From positions 2,658-66,657 of the forward strand of contig CAZJBQ010000003.1 in NCBI GenBank assembly GCA_964544625.1: a stretch of 64,000 nt of DNA, in the 5' to 3' direction. A program made the translations under genes and the position numbers. The DNA is from an uncultured Candidatus Peribacteria bacterium (GTDB taxonomy: Bacteria; Patescibacteriota; Gracilibacteria; BD1-5; JAGOOR01). A model generated the notes under the pieces. That model was given only the letters and a program-made list of their open reading frames with translations. It was not told the origin of the DNA and did no database searches. Positions 1-11,453 of the stretch are shown here, in pieces (the stretch's first letter is position 1; every line of letters begins with the position of its first letter).

Positions 1-481
1 GTCCACACTGTTCTGCTGTCGCAAACGGGACGCCCATGAATCATTGTGTATCACCTTCACCTGCTTTTATTTTGTCTATGTAGGTAATAGCTTTATCGAC
101 TGATGCACGTGTTGCTTTTCTCAGTATATCTCCGTTGAGCTCGACAAGAGAAGTAATACGAAAACCGTATGCACCTGTTTCAGTCTGAAATGGTGAGACA
201 TCGAGAATCATTTTTGTATCGAGTTCTGGTATGAGTTCTTTGAGGCTGGCACGGAGACTGCCTGTATCAGGTGTATAGGCCAGGAGATGCTCGTTGGTAT
301 GCATACCAGCATGAAAATCATCATACTCTTCGCTCCTTGGTTCACCGAAGAGATGAAGTGCATAGGTATGGATTTTGAGGGCCTCTGTTGAGTCTATTTC
401 CTTATCGACAGATAGTGTCCCTCCTGTCATGATTTTGTGGTCTTTTTCACTTGAGTGAAGTCCTGCGTTTATGGTTATCAT
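1..481 (-). CDS. luxS: S-ribosylhomocysteine lyase (LuxS); C-terminus runs off the left window edge
   Basis: ORF 41..481 carries HTNEHLLAY, the LuxS HxxEH metal motif. Reading TGA at 41-43 as Gly continues in frame to ...ATAEQCG, which matches the LuxS C-terminal QCG zinc-ligand region. Confidence 0.8.
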
Positions 482-488
482 ATTGTAA

Positions 489-1127
489 TTAATTATTGAT
501 GATGAAATCGAGAATAAAAGGGAGGTGTTTCACGACGCGTTCTCCCGCGTGGAGATTTTGGAAAAAGTTTTCTCCCGCTTCTTCGTCGGCATTATCAGAG
601 ATTATTTTGAGTGCTATGAGCGGTTTTTTATAATGGTGTGCCACCTTTGCCAGAGCGGCTCATTCCATATCGACGAGTTGTCCGCCTCTTGCCTGGAGTG
701 CTTCTCGTGTTTTTCCAGAAGCGACGAATTGATCGCCCGTGACCAGGACTCCGGATTTGAGTTCTGGATGTTCTACCGTGAGGAGATTGAAAAGCGGATA
801 GAGCCGTGACTGTGCTTCGTTATCTCATTCGATAAATCCATCATGTTCGACTGTGTGCTCCACGACCACGACATCACCGAATTCGAGATGTGGTGACAGG
901 CTTCCAGCGAGTCAGACGTTGATGATTGTATCGATAGGATATTGTTCGAGGACTTTTGTCAGTGTCATGGCGGCTGAGACTTTTCAGATGGAGCTCACAG
1001 CAAAGACGAAATTCCCATGTTCGACGATATCTCCTGGTGCGAGTGTTTTTTCGTAGCTCAGATACTTCGTGAGAGGAAGCATCTCTTCAGCCATGGCAGA
1101 GATAATGAGGATTTTTTTGTGTTGCAT
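489..1127 (-). CDS. mtnN: 5'-methylthioadenosine/S-adenosylhomocysteine nucleosidase
   Basis: Minus-strand ATG at 1127 and TAA at 489-491 give 212 aa. Sequence MQHKKILIISAMAEE...SSI[G]KVSAAMT...IINV[G]LAGSL matches the MtnN GIGKV and AGG motifs, with TGA at the conserved Gly positions (e.g. 984-986). The plus-strand ORFs in the track here are antisense. Confidence 0.85.
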
Positions 1128-1173
1128 AGTTTTTTGTTTCAAATTTACAGGGCTTTTTACAGGCTACGTTATT

Positions 1174-1284
1174 GTACTTTTGTTACCAAAAGTACCAAAA
1201 GTATTTAGGGGAACCAAAACTCGCTATGAACTGTATTCAACTTATATCTTTTTTCATCCCGCTCAGACAGTTGTTCCCCTAAAA
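1174..1284. repeat. Structured intergenic repeat, copy A (hairpin GTACTTTTG-TTA-CCAAAAGTAC plus long-range stem TTTAGGGGAAC...GTTCCCCTAAA)
   Basis: About 110 nt between the apt stop and the mtnN start. It shares its core with the copies at 22668-22774 and 26864-26920. Confidence 0.7.
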
Positions 1285-1304
1285 ACCTTTCTCCTTTTAA
1301 TAAT

Positions 1305-1820
1305 CTAAAATTGGATTGCTGAAAAAATTTCGTATTGATGTAATTTTTCTCTTCCTTTGAGTCATTTTAGTTCTATTAATACACCACCAAATACTTCACT
1401 CGCTCCATTGTTTTTCGCGAGACTGAGAGCCGCTCCGAGTGTGCCACCAGTCGCCAGGACATCATCGATAACGAGGACTCTGTGATTCTGGAGTATATCT
1501 TTCCTGATTGCGAGTGTTGCTGAGCTGTATTCGTAACTATAGGATTCTTTTGCGACGAGATCGGGAGGGAGTTTACCATCTTTGCGTATCATGACGAAAG
1601 GGAGATGATATTTTTCGGCTAGCATGCCACCGAGGACAAAACCTCTCGCATCGATTCAAGCGATGGCATCTATATTTTTATCTTGGATAAATACTCTGAA
1701 GCTCTCGAGTATTTCACTACGAGCCTCTACATCGAAGAGGAGAGGTGACATATCACGGAAGAGCACTCCAGGTGCTGGAAAATCAGGATAATTGGTGAGA
1801 AGGTGTGAATAGTCTTTCAT
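1305..1820 (-). CDS. apt: Adenine phosphoribosyltransferase
   Basis: VLVIDDVLATGGTL is the PRPP-binding motif. The N-terminal extension (DAIA[G]IDARGF) and the C-terminal extension (IELK[G]LKGREKL...) each cross an in-frame TGA. ATG at 1820, TAG at 1305-1307, 171 aa. Confidence 0.9.
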
Positions 1821-1845
1821 ATCGGTGTATTGTAGTGAGAATTTT

Positions 1846-2328
1846 TTATTTCAAAGTCTCGTCGAATTGAGCTATGCCACAGAGTTGAAAGGGGCTTCCT
1901 CCACTTTTTTGTATGTCTTTTTTGAGCGAGCCATTTCGTACAATAGGTTCTAGACAATCTATGATTGCATCAATAGTTTTTCGTGTTTCCGTCACTATGA
2001 TTGGTTCACATTTTCACGACCAAGGGAGTGCTCGGGTATAATTGATCGATTCAGGATTATAATCATGTGTATTGATTTGTACTCCATTCACGAGTAAGTC
2101 GAGCCCAAGTGTGTGTACTCACTCGAGTCGACGAACATGCTCATTGGTTCGGAGAACGAGAGAGAGATTTTTACAAACATAGGGGCCATAGTATGTTGTT
2201 CTATTCTGGACAAAAGGCCATTCAGAACCTGTGATAATCAGTGTGAGGAGAGTTATGCCGACACAGATACCTATGAGTGCCAATGCTTGTCAGAGTATAT
2301 GTCTGTAGGCATGAAACATATGGTTCAT
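1846..2328 (-). CDS. Hypothetical membrane-anchored protein (160 aa)
   Basis: ATG at 2328, TAA at 1846-1848, four in-frame TGA. There is an N-terminal TM segment (ALALIGICVGITLLTLIITG). No family recognised. Confidence 0.5.
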
Positions 2329-2395
2329 TATAGGGAGAATATGAAAAATAAAACATGATAATTGACAATATATTGATTTATCTACTATAGTATCC

Positions 2396-3214
2396 ATGAA
2401 ACATGCAGAAGAGTCATTGTTAGAGCGAGTTTCTGATGAGGCGGCAAAGTCTATCTTGGCTGAAAATGGTGGTATGGCACCGTTTGACGCACCTGCTTTG
2501 ATTATTCGTCCAAAATTTGAACATCATCCTTATGCCGATGAACCCCTTCGTGTTATATGAAAGGCCGTACGTATGGCTCTGACTACGGTATTGCGAGATT
2601 CGGCTACTGTTCCGAGTCATTTGGATCGATTTTTTGCTAGAGCATGTCGGAGGGTATTTGATAGACTCAAAATGGCTCCTGTGCTCAATTATACTCAGGA
2701 TAATCCGATTGTTTGCGATAATAATTCAGGTCATTTTATTCAAGATGGATTTAGTACGCTTGATGAATTATGAATCACGACTGAAATAGGGGTACCAGTG
2801 AATCGTCTCATACCCTTTATTTCTGAACAAGATACGTCAACCGAGAAAATGCTAATTTATCCAAAAGTACACTGAATGCGTCAGCTCAGAGAATTACAAG
2901 AATCCCTCCCAGAGGATAACGAAAGTCATCAATTACGAACGCTTATTGTCTTCATTATAAATACCTTTATTGATTTTACTCAACAAGTGCTTCATTTGAC
3001 AGCTCAAAATGATATTGATGACGCAGATTATAGAACATCTATGACGACTTTACGACTCGATTTTCTGAGCCAAATTTCTCGGTATCACCAAGACATTCGC
3101 TGTGGTGAGTTTTTTGATCCTGAGTGTGAGCATGCCGTTATATTGTGATATATCCAAACACGTCTTGGTGAGATTTTGCAAGAAACCAAACAATTTATTA
3201 CGTCTTCCAAGTAG
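2396..3214 (+). CDS. Hypothetical protein (272 aa)
   Basis: Joins track ORFs 2573..2773 and 2876..3148 (same frame) with an upstream ATG at 2396. Four in-frame TGA, TAG at 3212-3214. Confidence 0.6.
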
Positions 3215-3244
3215 TTTTTTCTTTGCTTTCCCTATAATTATCTC

Positions 3245-4891
3245 ATGCAATCTCGTTGTCGTATTTCTGGTATCGATTTTGATGTCTCTGTTCGAGAGAT
3301 GGAGATGCGTCGTTCCTTTGGTTTTGATGCTCTACCCGATGTAGCCCCTTTTTTACGGATTAGACATTTGGGAGCATTTTGGCCGCATTGGGCTCTCCAT
3401 AAGAGAAAATGTGACAGAACAGGGCGTGATATTGTCTCGGTTTTTCGACCTGACTGTCCTTATCCTGTCTGGCACAAAGATGAATGGTACAAATCTGCAC
3501 TACCTCCATCCGCCAAGATAGATTTTGGGCAGACATTTTTTGAGCAGGTGGAGAGACTCTTTAAACAGTGTCCGATTCCGCACAATTCTGGTATAGGTAA
3601 TGAAAACTGTGAATTTACCGATGATTGGTGGTTTAGTCGTAACTGTTATCTATGTCATAGCGGAGTGAAATGCGAAAATAATCGATATTGTTATCGTATG
3701 ATTGGTTCACGAGAATGCCTCTATTGCACGTTTTGTTTTGAGTGTGAGTATTGTTTTGATGCGACCAATTCTGAAAAATGTTATCGATGCGTCTACGGCC
3801 TGTATCTCAAGAATTGTCAGGAAACAGCATTCTGTTATGACTGTCGTAATTGTCATGACTGTATGTTTTGTTTCAATCTCCGTAACAAACAGTACTGTAT
3901 AGGTAATAAACAGCTTTCTCGTGAAGATTATGAGCAACAAAAGAAACAATTTGATTATTCCACGTTCGTAGGATATACACATTGTCAGGAATTATTTCGC
4001 AAGATGATGCGTGAGATTGCGTGGCATCGATCTGCATATCTGGATTTTGTTGAAAATTCAACTGGTAACTACGCATTGAGACTTAAAAATGTCTCTCATA
4101 CATTTTTTGGTGCCGATGGTGAAGACGGACTTAATATTACTCGTTTTGGATGGGCAAAAACAGCTCTTGATAGCATCAATTTGCAAGATGCGGAGCGCAT
4201 TTTTTATACTGCTGGGGCGCAAGTAAAAACGTATGATGTCGCGTGTTCGTTTATGCTTGATAATGTCCGATTTGCGCTCTATAGTGGATATAGTTCCAAG
4301 TGTGAAAATATATTTGGCTGTTGTGGTCTTCTTGATGCCAAGAACGCTATTTTAAACACTATTTATTCTGCGCAAGAGTATGCTACCTTCAAACAAAAGC
4401 TCATAGATCATATGAAATCAACAGGAGAATGGTGACAATTTTTCCCAGGTTCATTTGCCCCCAACCCGTACGATGAGAGCTGGGTAAGTTTTTACGCTCC
4501 TCTTACGTCAGAGCAACAAACTCACCTTGGCTTATTCTGTTCTCCGCAATCAGAGATCTCCCAGATGGAGTATCTCGCTGTTTCTTCGATACCATCTTCT
4601 GCCCAAGAGGCTACTCCTGCAATAACCAAAAATACTTATTGGGATGATGTTTCTCAAAAACCATTTCAAATTCTCCCACAGGACATTAATTTCTGCAGAA
4701 TACTCTGAGTGCCATTACCCCATACTCACTCAATGCGTCGTATGCAGGATAATTTCCGCTGGATGCCTTATGATTGAGCTCTTCGTGCTACCAAATGTGC
4801 AAAATCAGGTGTTGATATACAGACGTCTTGGCCCTCAGAATATGATGGGCGTATACTTTCTGAGCCTGAATATATCAAAATAATCGCATAA
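3245..4891 (+). CDS. Cys-rich hypothetical protein (548 aa) with dense CxxC-type spacing
   Basis: ORF 3245..4435 continues in frame through TGA at 4433, 4706 and 4775 to TAA at 4889-4891. The central region holds many C-x2-C and C-x-C motifs (CYLCHSGVKCENNRYCY...CFECEYCF...CRNCHDCMFCF). Confidence 0.7.
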
Positions 4892-4928
4892 TTTTGCGAT
4901 TTATATCAAAAATTGTTATACTGTAGTT

Positions 4929-6089
4929 ATGTCATCCAATATTTCTCCATCGACACGTCAGTTTCTCATCAATATCGTCATTTTGGTGAGCACGGGGCTC
5001 ATACTCTGGTTGGCCTATATTCTGAGAGATATTATTGGTTTATTTCTGATATCTTGTTTTTTTGCTCTTCTTTTGTGACCTTTTGTTGTTCGTCTCAAAA
5101 AGTGGAAAATACCTGATGTATTAGGTATTTTATTGACTTTTTTTGGTGTTTTTGCTACTTTTACGCTTTTTATTGCTTCTATAGTTCCCGTTTTTGTTGG
5201 GTTGGCCGAAGATTCAAAGACATATATCGTTCATACTGTAACAACTCTTGAGCAACAGGCTCGAGCGGGCTTTCCCATCATCGATTCTTTGCCTTTCAAT
5301 GCTGGTAAACTCATCCGCAGCGAGATAGATATTGCCCATATTGCTTCGTTTGTGACTGATCAAAATCGTGCACAATTTGTTGTAGATGGCCTGATTGGAA
5401 ATATTGATACTATCAAAGACTTTGTTCAAAAATGAGTGGGGCAATTTTCGACCGTGAGTCTCTCATTGGCAACAGGTGTTACCTCAGCTGTGACGACTTT
5501 CACGCTCTTTCTTCTTCTGACATTTTTTATTATTCTCGAACGTCGTTCGTTGATTCGTTGGTTTTTTGGTATATTGCCATCAGACCTAGGACATTATTTT
5601 CGTCATCGACAGGCTGTGATCGCTCATGCTATACATGCATGGCTCCGTGGTCAACTCATGCTCGCACTGTTTATGTTTGTTATTAATCTGGTAGGACTCT
5701 CTATTGCGCAATGGTTTGGGCTTCCCGTGAATCACATATTTTCACTTGCGCTCATAGCATGAGCTATGGAATTTGTTCCATATCTTGGTCCAGTTATTGC
5801 TTTTATCCCTGCATTTTTGATGGTTCTCGTGAGTCCTGAGGTGAGCATGTGGGGGATTGGCGCCGTTATTGGTCTCTATATCCTCTTTCAACAACTCGAA
5901 GGGAATGTCATGGTGCCTCTCATTATGAGTCGTACTCTGAGTCTCTCATCGCTCTATATTCTCGTTGTGACTCTTGTATGAGCTTCGCTCTGAGGGGCCC
6001 TCGGTGTGCTCTTGGCTATCCCACTTGCATCGATTCTCAATATATTTTATCACGACTGGATGCATTACCGTCGTTCACTTAAGGAGTAA
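4929..6089 (+). CDS. AI-2E family transporter (PerM/YhhT, UPF0118)
   Basis: Three same-frame track fragments (5133.., 5436.., 5766..) plus an upstream ATG at 4929. A multi-TM protein with the C-terminal EFVPYLGP...QQLEGNVMVPLIMSR...LLAIPLAS pattern typical of UPF0118. 386 aa. Confidence 0.75.
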
Positions 6090-6091
6090 GA

Positions 6092-6787
6092 ATGCACACG
6101 TATCTTTCTGATAGAGTTCTCTATACGTGAATTGGTCCGAATTCTTGCGTGTATCTGGAGCCTGATTTTAGTCATTTTATTGGTTCTCTTATTCGAGTAG
6201 ATAATTTTCTCTGAGACTATGTCGGATATGACGACTGGATGAGCCATTTTTCTCGTCAAGAGGAGGTAACAATCGTCACAAAGAGCGTAGAGCAGGCCAA
6301 GCTCTCTCCTGGGAAACGAATCCATATTTGTGGTATTTCGACTGCTGAATCTGTAGAATGTATCAGAGACTATTATCGCGAATGTGGTTATGAAGATGCA
6401 CTCGCCAAGAATTATACACTTCCTCTCGATGTTACCTTGACCGTGAGCGTCTCACTTGGTCATGTATTATGGTGTGAAAAGGATAAAACATTCCTTGATT
6501 CAGACGGGATTGATAGTACTTTTTATGGACAGGCTTGTCCGCCATTTCGTTCTCCTCATGATCTCAGATCCCTCCAACAGGCACTTCGTATGGGTGTGAT
6601 TTTGGGGCTCGAGCTCTCTCCACGAGAGATACCATTTCTTTCTGATATATTGATACGACAGATAGTTCCACCTTTTTTGCTCAGCCAGATGATCTATTTT
6701 CGTTGGCAGAAATATGGTTTTACAGGCTCACAGCATTCGATTGATATTCAGTATCCAGATTTCTCCCAAACCAATAGTGATAACTAG
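6092..6787 (+). CDS. Hypothetical protein (231 aa)
   Basis: The ATG at 6092 is in frame with ORF 6239..6787, with two in-frame TGA upstream. PPFRSPHDLRSLQQALRMGVI weakly resembles the dihydroorotase NPPLR region, but no metal-binding histidines are visible. Confidence 0.55.
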
Positions 6788-6993
6788 AGAAAAAAGTTTT
6801 TCTCATATTGGTGAAATATCTCTACTCGGACACTTCTGAGAGATTCGTTGTATGTTTGGTTTTTTTGTACTATTTTTTTTGCCCTGATGTTTATATAGAT
6901 GGCTATAATGACGAGAAAAGTAATGATACCTGCAATATCTATCCAGTACATCTGAGTGAGAAAAATCGTGAGCTGTTCTTGAAAAATTATCAT
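6784..6993 (-). CDS. Small membrane protein (69 aa)
   Basis: ATG start and TAG stop. It begins 4 nt after the sortase stop and has one TM segment (IDIAGIITFLVIIAIYINI). Confidence 0.5.
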   Translation of the reverse strand: MIIFQEQLTIFLTQMYWIDIAGIITFLVIIAIYINIRAKKIVQKNQTYNESLRSVRVEIFHQYEKNFFL

Positions 6994-6996
6994 ATT

Positions 6997-7938
6997 TTAA
7001 ATAGTATTAGTTATTTCTTTTAGCTCGGTGATGATAAGGAGTCGGCTAATAGTGGTTCATAGTGGCCAACAAGTCATGAGCGTGAGTTGCTTCATTTCTT
7101 CAGTCCCACCGAGAGATGATACATGTCCTGGCTTTACTACTTTTTTGTCCTTGACCATATAGACGAATTTTTTGTGTTTGAAGTAGACGATAATCTCATC
7201 TCCATTTTCGAGTTCATTGAGTAGGGCAAATACATCATTATAGTTTCCTTTTGCCCACGGGTAGTTCGAGCTATGACCGAATATAAAACTATTTCCTTTT
7301 TCTCCTGGATCAGCAGATCCTGGATATTTTACGATGCCGTTTTCGAGCTCTTTCATAAATATCTTGTGCCATTCAGTTGAGTTGCTCGCATCGTGTTGTT
7401 CGACATTGATGAGAGGGATATTTTTACCTATTTTTGGTATGATGATACGATCTTCGTAGGGGGTGACGTTGACTGAGAGTGTTACACTGGAAACTTCTTG
7501 ATCAAAGTAATCCACCCCGAGAGTTTGTGTCGGAGTATTGCTTTTTTCGAGACGTCGTTTCAGCATTCTCTGTATTTTCATTTGTTTGATTTCCTCTTCA
7601 TCGTTTGGGACACTTGTCACCTCTATTTTTTTGAGACCACCTTCTATGGCCTTTTGTTCGTTCGCGAGTTTTTCAGGAGCTAGGTATGCACCCGCGAAAG
7701 TACTGTATGCTGACCAGTTAGAGATTAAGAGAAGTATGATGAATAATATACTCGTGAGGAGTACAAAATGTATCATTCCACTGAGATTTTTCAGCCATTT
7801 ATGCTTTTTCTTGAGCTGTTTCTCTTCTTTTTTTACCCAATCAAAGACATCATGAGAAGTATCAAATACTTCTTGTACGAGATTTATTGGTTTATTGTTG
7901 TGTTTCTGAGGTTGTAAATCGCTCCATCGGTTCTTCAT
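6997..7938 (-). CDS. Sortase family transpeptidase
   Basis: N-terminal TM anchor, the FGHSS histidine, and LTLMTCWPL[G]TTISRLLI, which is the TLxTC active site with the downstream Arg. The Arg is reached only by reading TGA at 7057-7059 as Gly. TAA at 6997-6999, 313 aa. Confidence 0.85.
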
Positions 7939-7998
7939 GAAAATATGCTACCATACCTTTTCCCCAATCGCAATTTTTTGGACTGTTTCCACTTTACT

Positions 7999-9537
7999 TT
8001 ACCCGATTTTCCATGGTATACGTTTTTTGAGACTCAAAATGCCCCAAAACAGCACCGCACTGCCATAGACGATAAACATGCCTGCAAAGCCTACAAATGA
8101 TATCAGAGCACCTCAGAAAATGAGACCAAGAGCGTTGGCAAAGTTGTTGAGTATTTTGAGTGGTGCAGCAGAGGCATCGGCGTTGATGACATTGGACATT
8201 GTTACTCCAGCGTAGGATTTATTATACTCATCGGCAAAAATACCCTGACTCATCGGATAACCAGCTGCGTATCCTGTGCTATTTGTCATACCGAGTACTA
8301 CCACTATGAGGAGGCCAAATACACCCTCGAGAGCCCCTGTTAATGCTAGTCCAAAGAGCGCTATTGCAGACAAAAAGAGACCGAGAGTAATAATAGGGAA
8401 TTTTCATCGTTGGTCTGCTTGTTTGATCCAGAACATCTGTAGTCCGTAGGCTGGTATGGCGAGCACGCCAATCAAGATGAAACCACTCTGGATGATATTT
8501 TGTACTCCTGAATTTTGTAATACTTCCTCGAGATAGGTGATAAAAAATGTCGTTACAATAGTATCCCAGCATCAAAAGAGAAATATACACCCTGTGGTCC
8601 AGAGTAGTACGGGTACGAGCGTTTCTTTACCGAATATCAGTTTGTAGAGCATGCGATATTCTAGCTTTGTTTTTTGGAAGATATCATCCCAATCGAGTTC
8701 CTTGGTAATTTCTTTTGGCTTCATGATGATGTAACTCATGTCTCATTTTATTTTTTGGAAATCGCCAGTTGTGACGGTTGTTTTGACGTATGAGCCTGTA
8801 TTATGCTCGATTTCCTTCGCTTTATCGACTATATGGAGATTTTTGACTGCACTCATATTGAATACTTCGGATGAATTATCAAAATATGATTGTATAAAAA
8901 TCCACACACAGACGATGAGGAATATGAGTACGAGGAGTACGAGCTCTACAGAGCTAGTTTCTTGCGGTATGGCGAGTATACCGATAGAGAGAATAATTCC
9001 CACCACTGACCCTATACCCATTGATATGTTATATTTTGAGAGTACTGCATCATATTCTGATGGATCACAGTGATTGAGGAGATACGATATGGTGGTTATC
9101 TCATAGACTTCCTTGATTGTTCAGTAGAGAATTCCTACGGTGAGGAGAAGTGCGACATTAAATCCTGTTGTAAGGAAATTTCTCGTGATATCAAATATAT
9201 TACCTGTCAATTTGAAACCTTCATCAACCGATGTACGTATGAGATAGAGGAAAAGTATCGCTGCGATAATCATGAACGCATTGGCTACACCAAGCATAAT
9301 TTTTGATGGGACATGTCTCTGGATTGTACCGAGAGGCACATCGATAATCATCGACCAAATATTTCCTATGCCTAAAAATATACCCACCAAGAGAGGCGAA
9401 CCCACGATAAAGCCAAAGAAAAATACACTCGTGAGATGGAATATAATCCAAATCGCGCCGTAGACGCTGACGACATTAAAAAAATTCCTTAATAGTCTCG
9501 ATTTTTCAGGTATTTCGGGGGCAATAATCTGAGTCAT
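7999..9537 (-). CDS. MFS-type transporter (512 aa)
   Basis: Track fragments 9121..9537, 8743..9021 and 8113..8373 share one frame and join through TGA codons. Hydrophobic throughout, roughly 12 TM segments. TAA at 7999-8001. Confidence 0.7.
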
Positions 9538-9589
9538 ACCATGACTTTATCATATTTTTTGTCTGGAGTAAAATTTTCAGGTGTTTTTC

Positions 9590-10282
9590 TTACCTACTTC
9601 CGTAGTTCAATACCCATATATTGTCACATTGACCTATGCCCAGTTCCCGGAGATCTTCGTGATACATATTTTCTCTATGACCTATACTGGTGGTGAGTTG
9701 ATCGAGGAGCTCTGCTACTGTTGTCTGCCCGAGTCCGAGATTTTCGGCTCCAAGCTGGTAATCATATCCTCCATCATCATATCTCTGACTGAGAGTGCTT
9801 CCGTCAAGTCCGTGTGTGATTTGGCCTACTCAGCAGAGTCTGAGTGCGTATTTCTGAGCTATAGCATCGAGTTTTTCTGATTGTTCGAGTTCTCAGAGTC
9901 AGCGATTTTTACGACGAATATTATGTTCTGTAATAAGTATGGACCGGAGCTCATCGAGCGATAGTGTGCTTTTTTCTTTCATAATATCACTCTGAGGATT
10001 GTGATAGTTATCATGACAGAGTACCCCTTCTGTCAAGCTTCTTGTCATACAAAACATATGTTCGAGATAGCCCAATACGTCTCTCCTTGTCGTCGATAGT
10101 GATGTTTTTTGGAGCTGGAGCTTGATTTGATTGGTGATTTTTTCCAGTGATTTTGAGACTGTACTTGCTGATGTCTGTGCCATAAATGTGTCGTAGAGTT
10201 TTTCTGTTCTTATTTCCAGTGCGCCACTCAATCCGTAGCTATTGAGCGTGAGAATAAGTGATAAAAGGAGTGTTTTTTTCAT
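9590..10282 (-). CDS. Secreted CAP/SCP (YkwD-like) domain protein
   Basis: Signal peptide MKKTLLLSLILTL. After TGA at 9899 the frame continues through ...HGLDGSTLSQRY...GAENLG...SIGHRENM...IGIG, the CAP-domain pattern. TAA at 9590-9592, 230 aa. Confidence 0.75.
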
Positions 10283-10343
10283 AGAAAATATTATACTGTA
10301 CCTAAACATACATATACTTTACCATACTAATTTTATTTTGCAA

Positions 10344-11054
10344 ATGTCTGCAGTTTCTCACATGTTAGAGCTTGTTCATAAGGAAATTCTCACCCACGAT
10401 GTCTATGAGTTGTGTTACAAATCTCAAACCCCTCTCAATATATTGCCTGGACAATTTCTCTTGTGTGATACAGATGAGACGAATACGAAACTTCGACGAT
10501 CATACTCCGTGAGCTGGTCCGAATGAAATAATGTGTATTTTATTGTAAAAAGAATAGCAGATGGTGGGGGTGGGAGTATCGCTCTCTGTGATCAGTCAGT
10601 AGGTCATATGATGCAGGTGCGATGACCGATGGGGCAATTTTATCTCAGAGATACTCCGTGTCCAAAAGTCTTTATTGGTACGGGGACAGGATTTGCACCT
10701 CTGTATTTTCAGTTGCGTACGAATCTCATGAGACAGCCAACGGTGCCGACATTTTTTCTCTTTGGAGTTCGTGAATTCGGTGATGTTTTTTATCAATCAC
10801 AACTTGAGGAATGGTATCGCGCCTATCCAGCTTTTGATTATGAGATATTTCTCTCACGAGAAGAGCTCGAATTCGATAAATACAATATCGGTAGAGTAAC
10901 GAGCTATCTCATTCCAGAGAGTATCGCTGAACTCAATTCTGACTGAGACACAGAATTTTATATCTGTGGAAGTCCTGCAATGGTCACAGAAGTACGCCAA
11001 ATCTTAAAAGATGCTGAAATTGCTCAGGAGAGAGTGTTTTTTGAGCAGTATTAG
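10344..11054 (+). CDS. FNR-family FAD/NAD(P)-binding oxidoreductase
   Basis: RRSYSVS (RxYS FAD motif), GTGTGFAPL (NAD(P) motif) and YICGSPAMV. Fragments join across three TGA. 236 aa. Confidence 0.8.
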
Positions 11055-11110
11055 CTTGATTTTATTTTCAATTCAATACTATACTTTGAATTAATGTATA
11101 AATATATATT

Positions 11111-11434
11111 ATGAAATTAAATAACTATCATATTCCTGGTACCTCTTCGCGTAGAGAATTTCTAAAAATTCCACTTGCTCTATCAGCTCTTCTCTGATTA
11201 CGATCTGTTGCTGATAGCAGTGAAATAGGTTGACCTTGGTTTAAATTATATGAATGACAATTTGCTCGGAATAAAAAAACTGGAGAAAGGGTATGGTGTT
11301 ATAGAGGTAATGTTTACTATCTTCGACCTACCTGACGTCCTGCTCCAAATTCTTCAGAAGAGTGTGATATACACCGTATTGTTCCGAATTTACGAGGTAA
11401 TACTGAGTTAGGTGGTATGTGGGAGGCTATATAA
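11111..11434 (+). CDS. Small protein with twin-arginine-like signal (107 aa)
   Basis: N-terminus ...TSSRREFLKIPLALSALL[G]L resembles a Tat signal (S-R-R-x-F-L-K). Four in-frame TGA, TAA at 11432-11434. Confidence 0.5.
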
Positions 11435-11453
11435 AACAGACTTTAATAAATTC

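Noticed and set aside
525-1056. Plus-strand track ORFs 525..809 and 853..1056.
   Set aside because: They are antisense to a clear MtnN gene on the minus strand, with GIGKV and AGG motifs in order.
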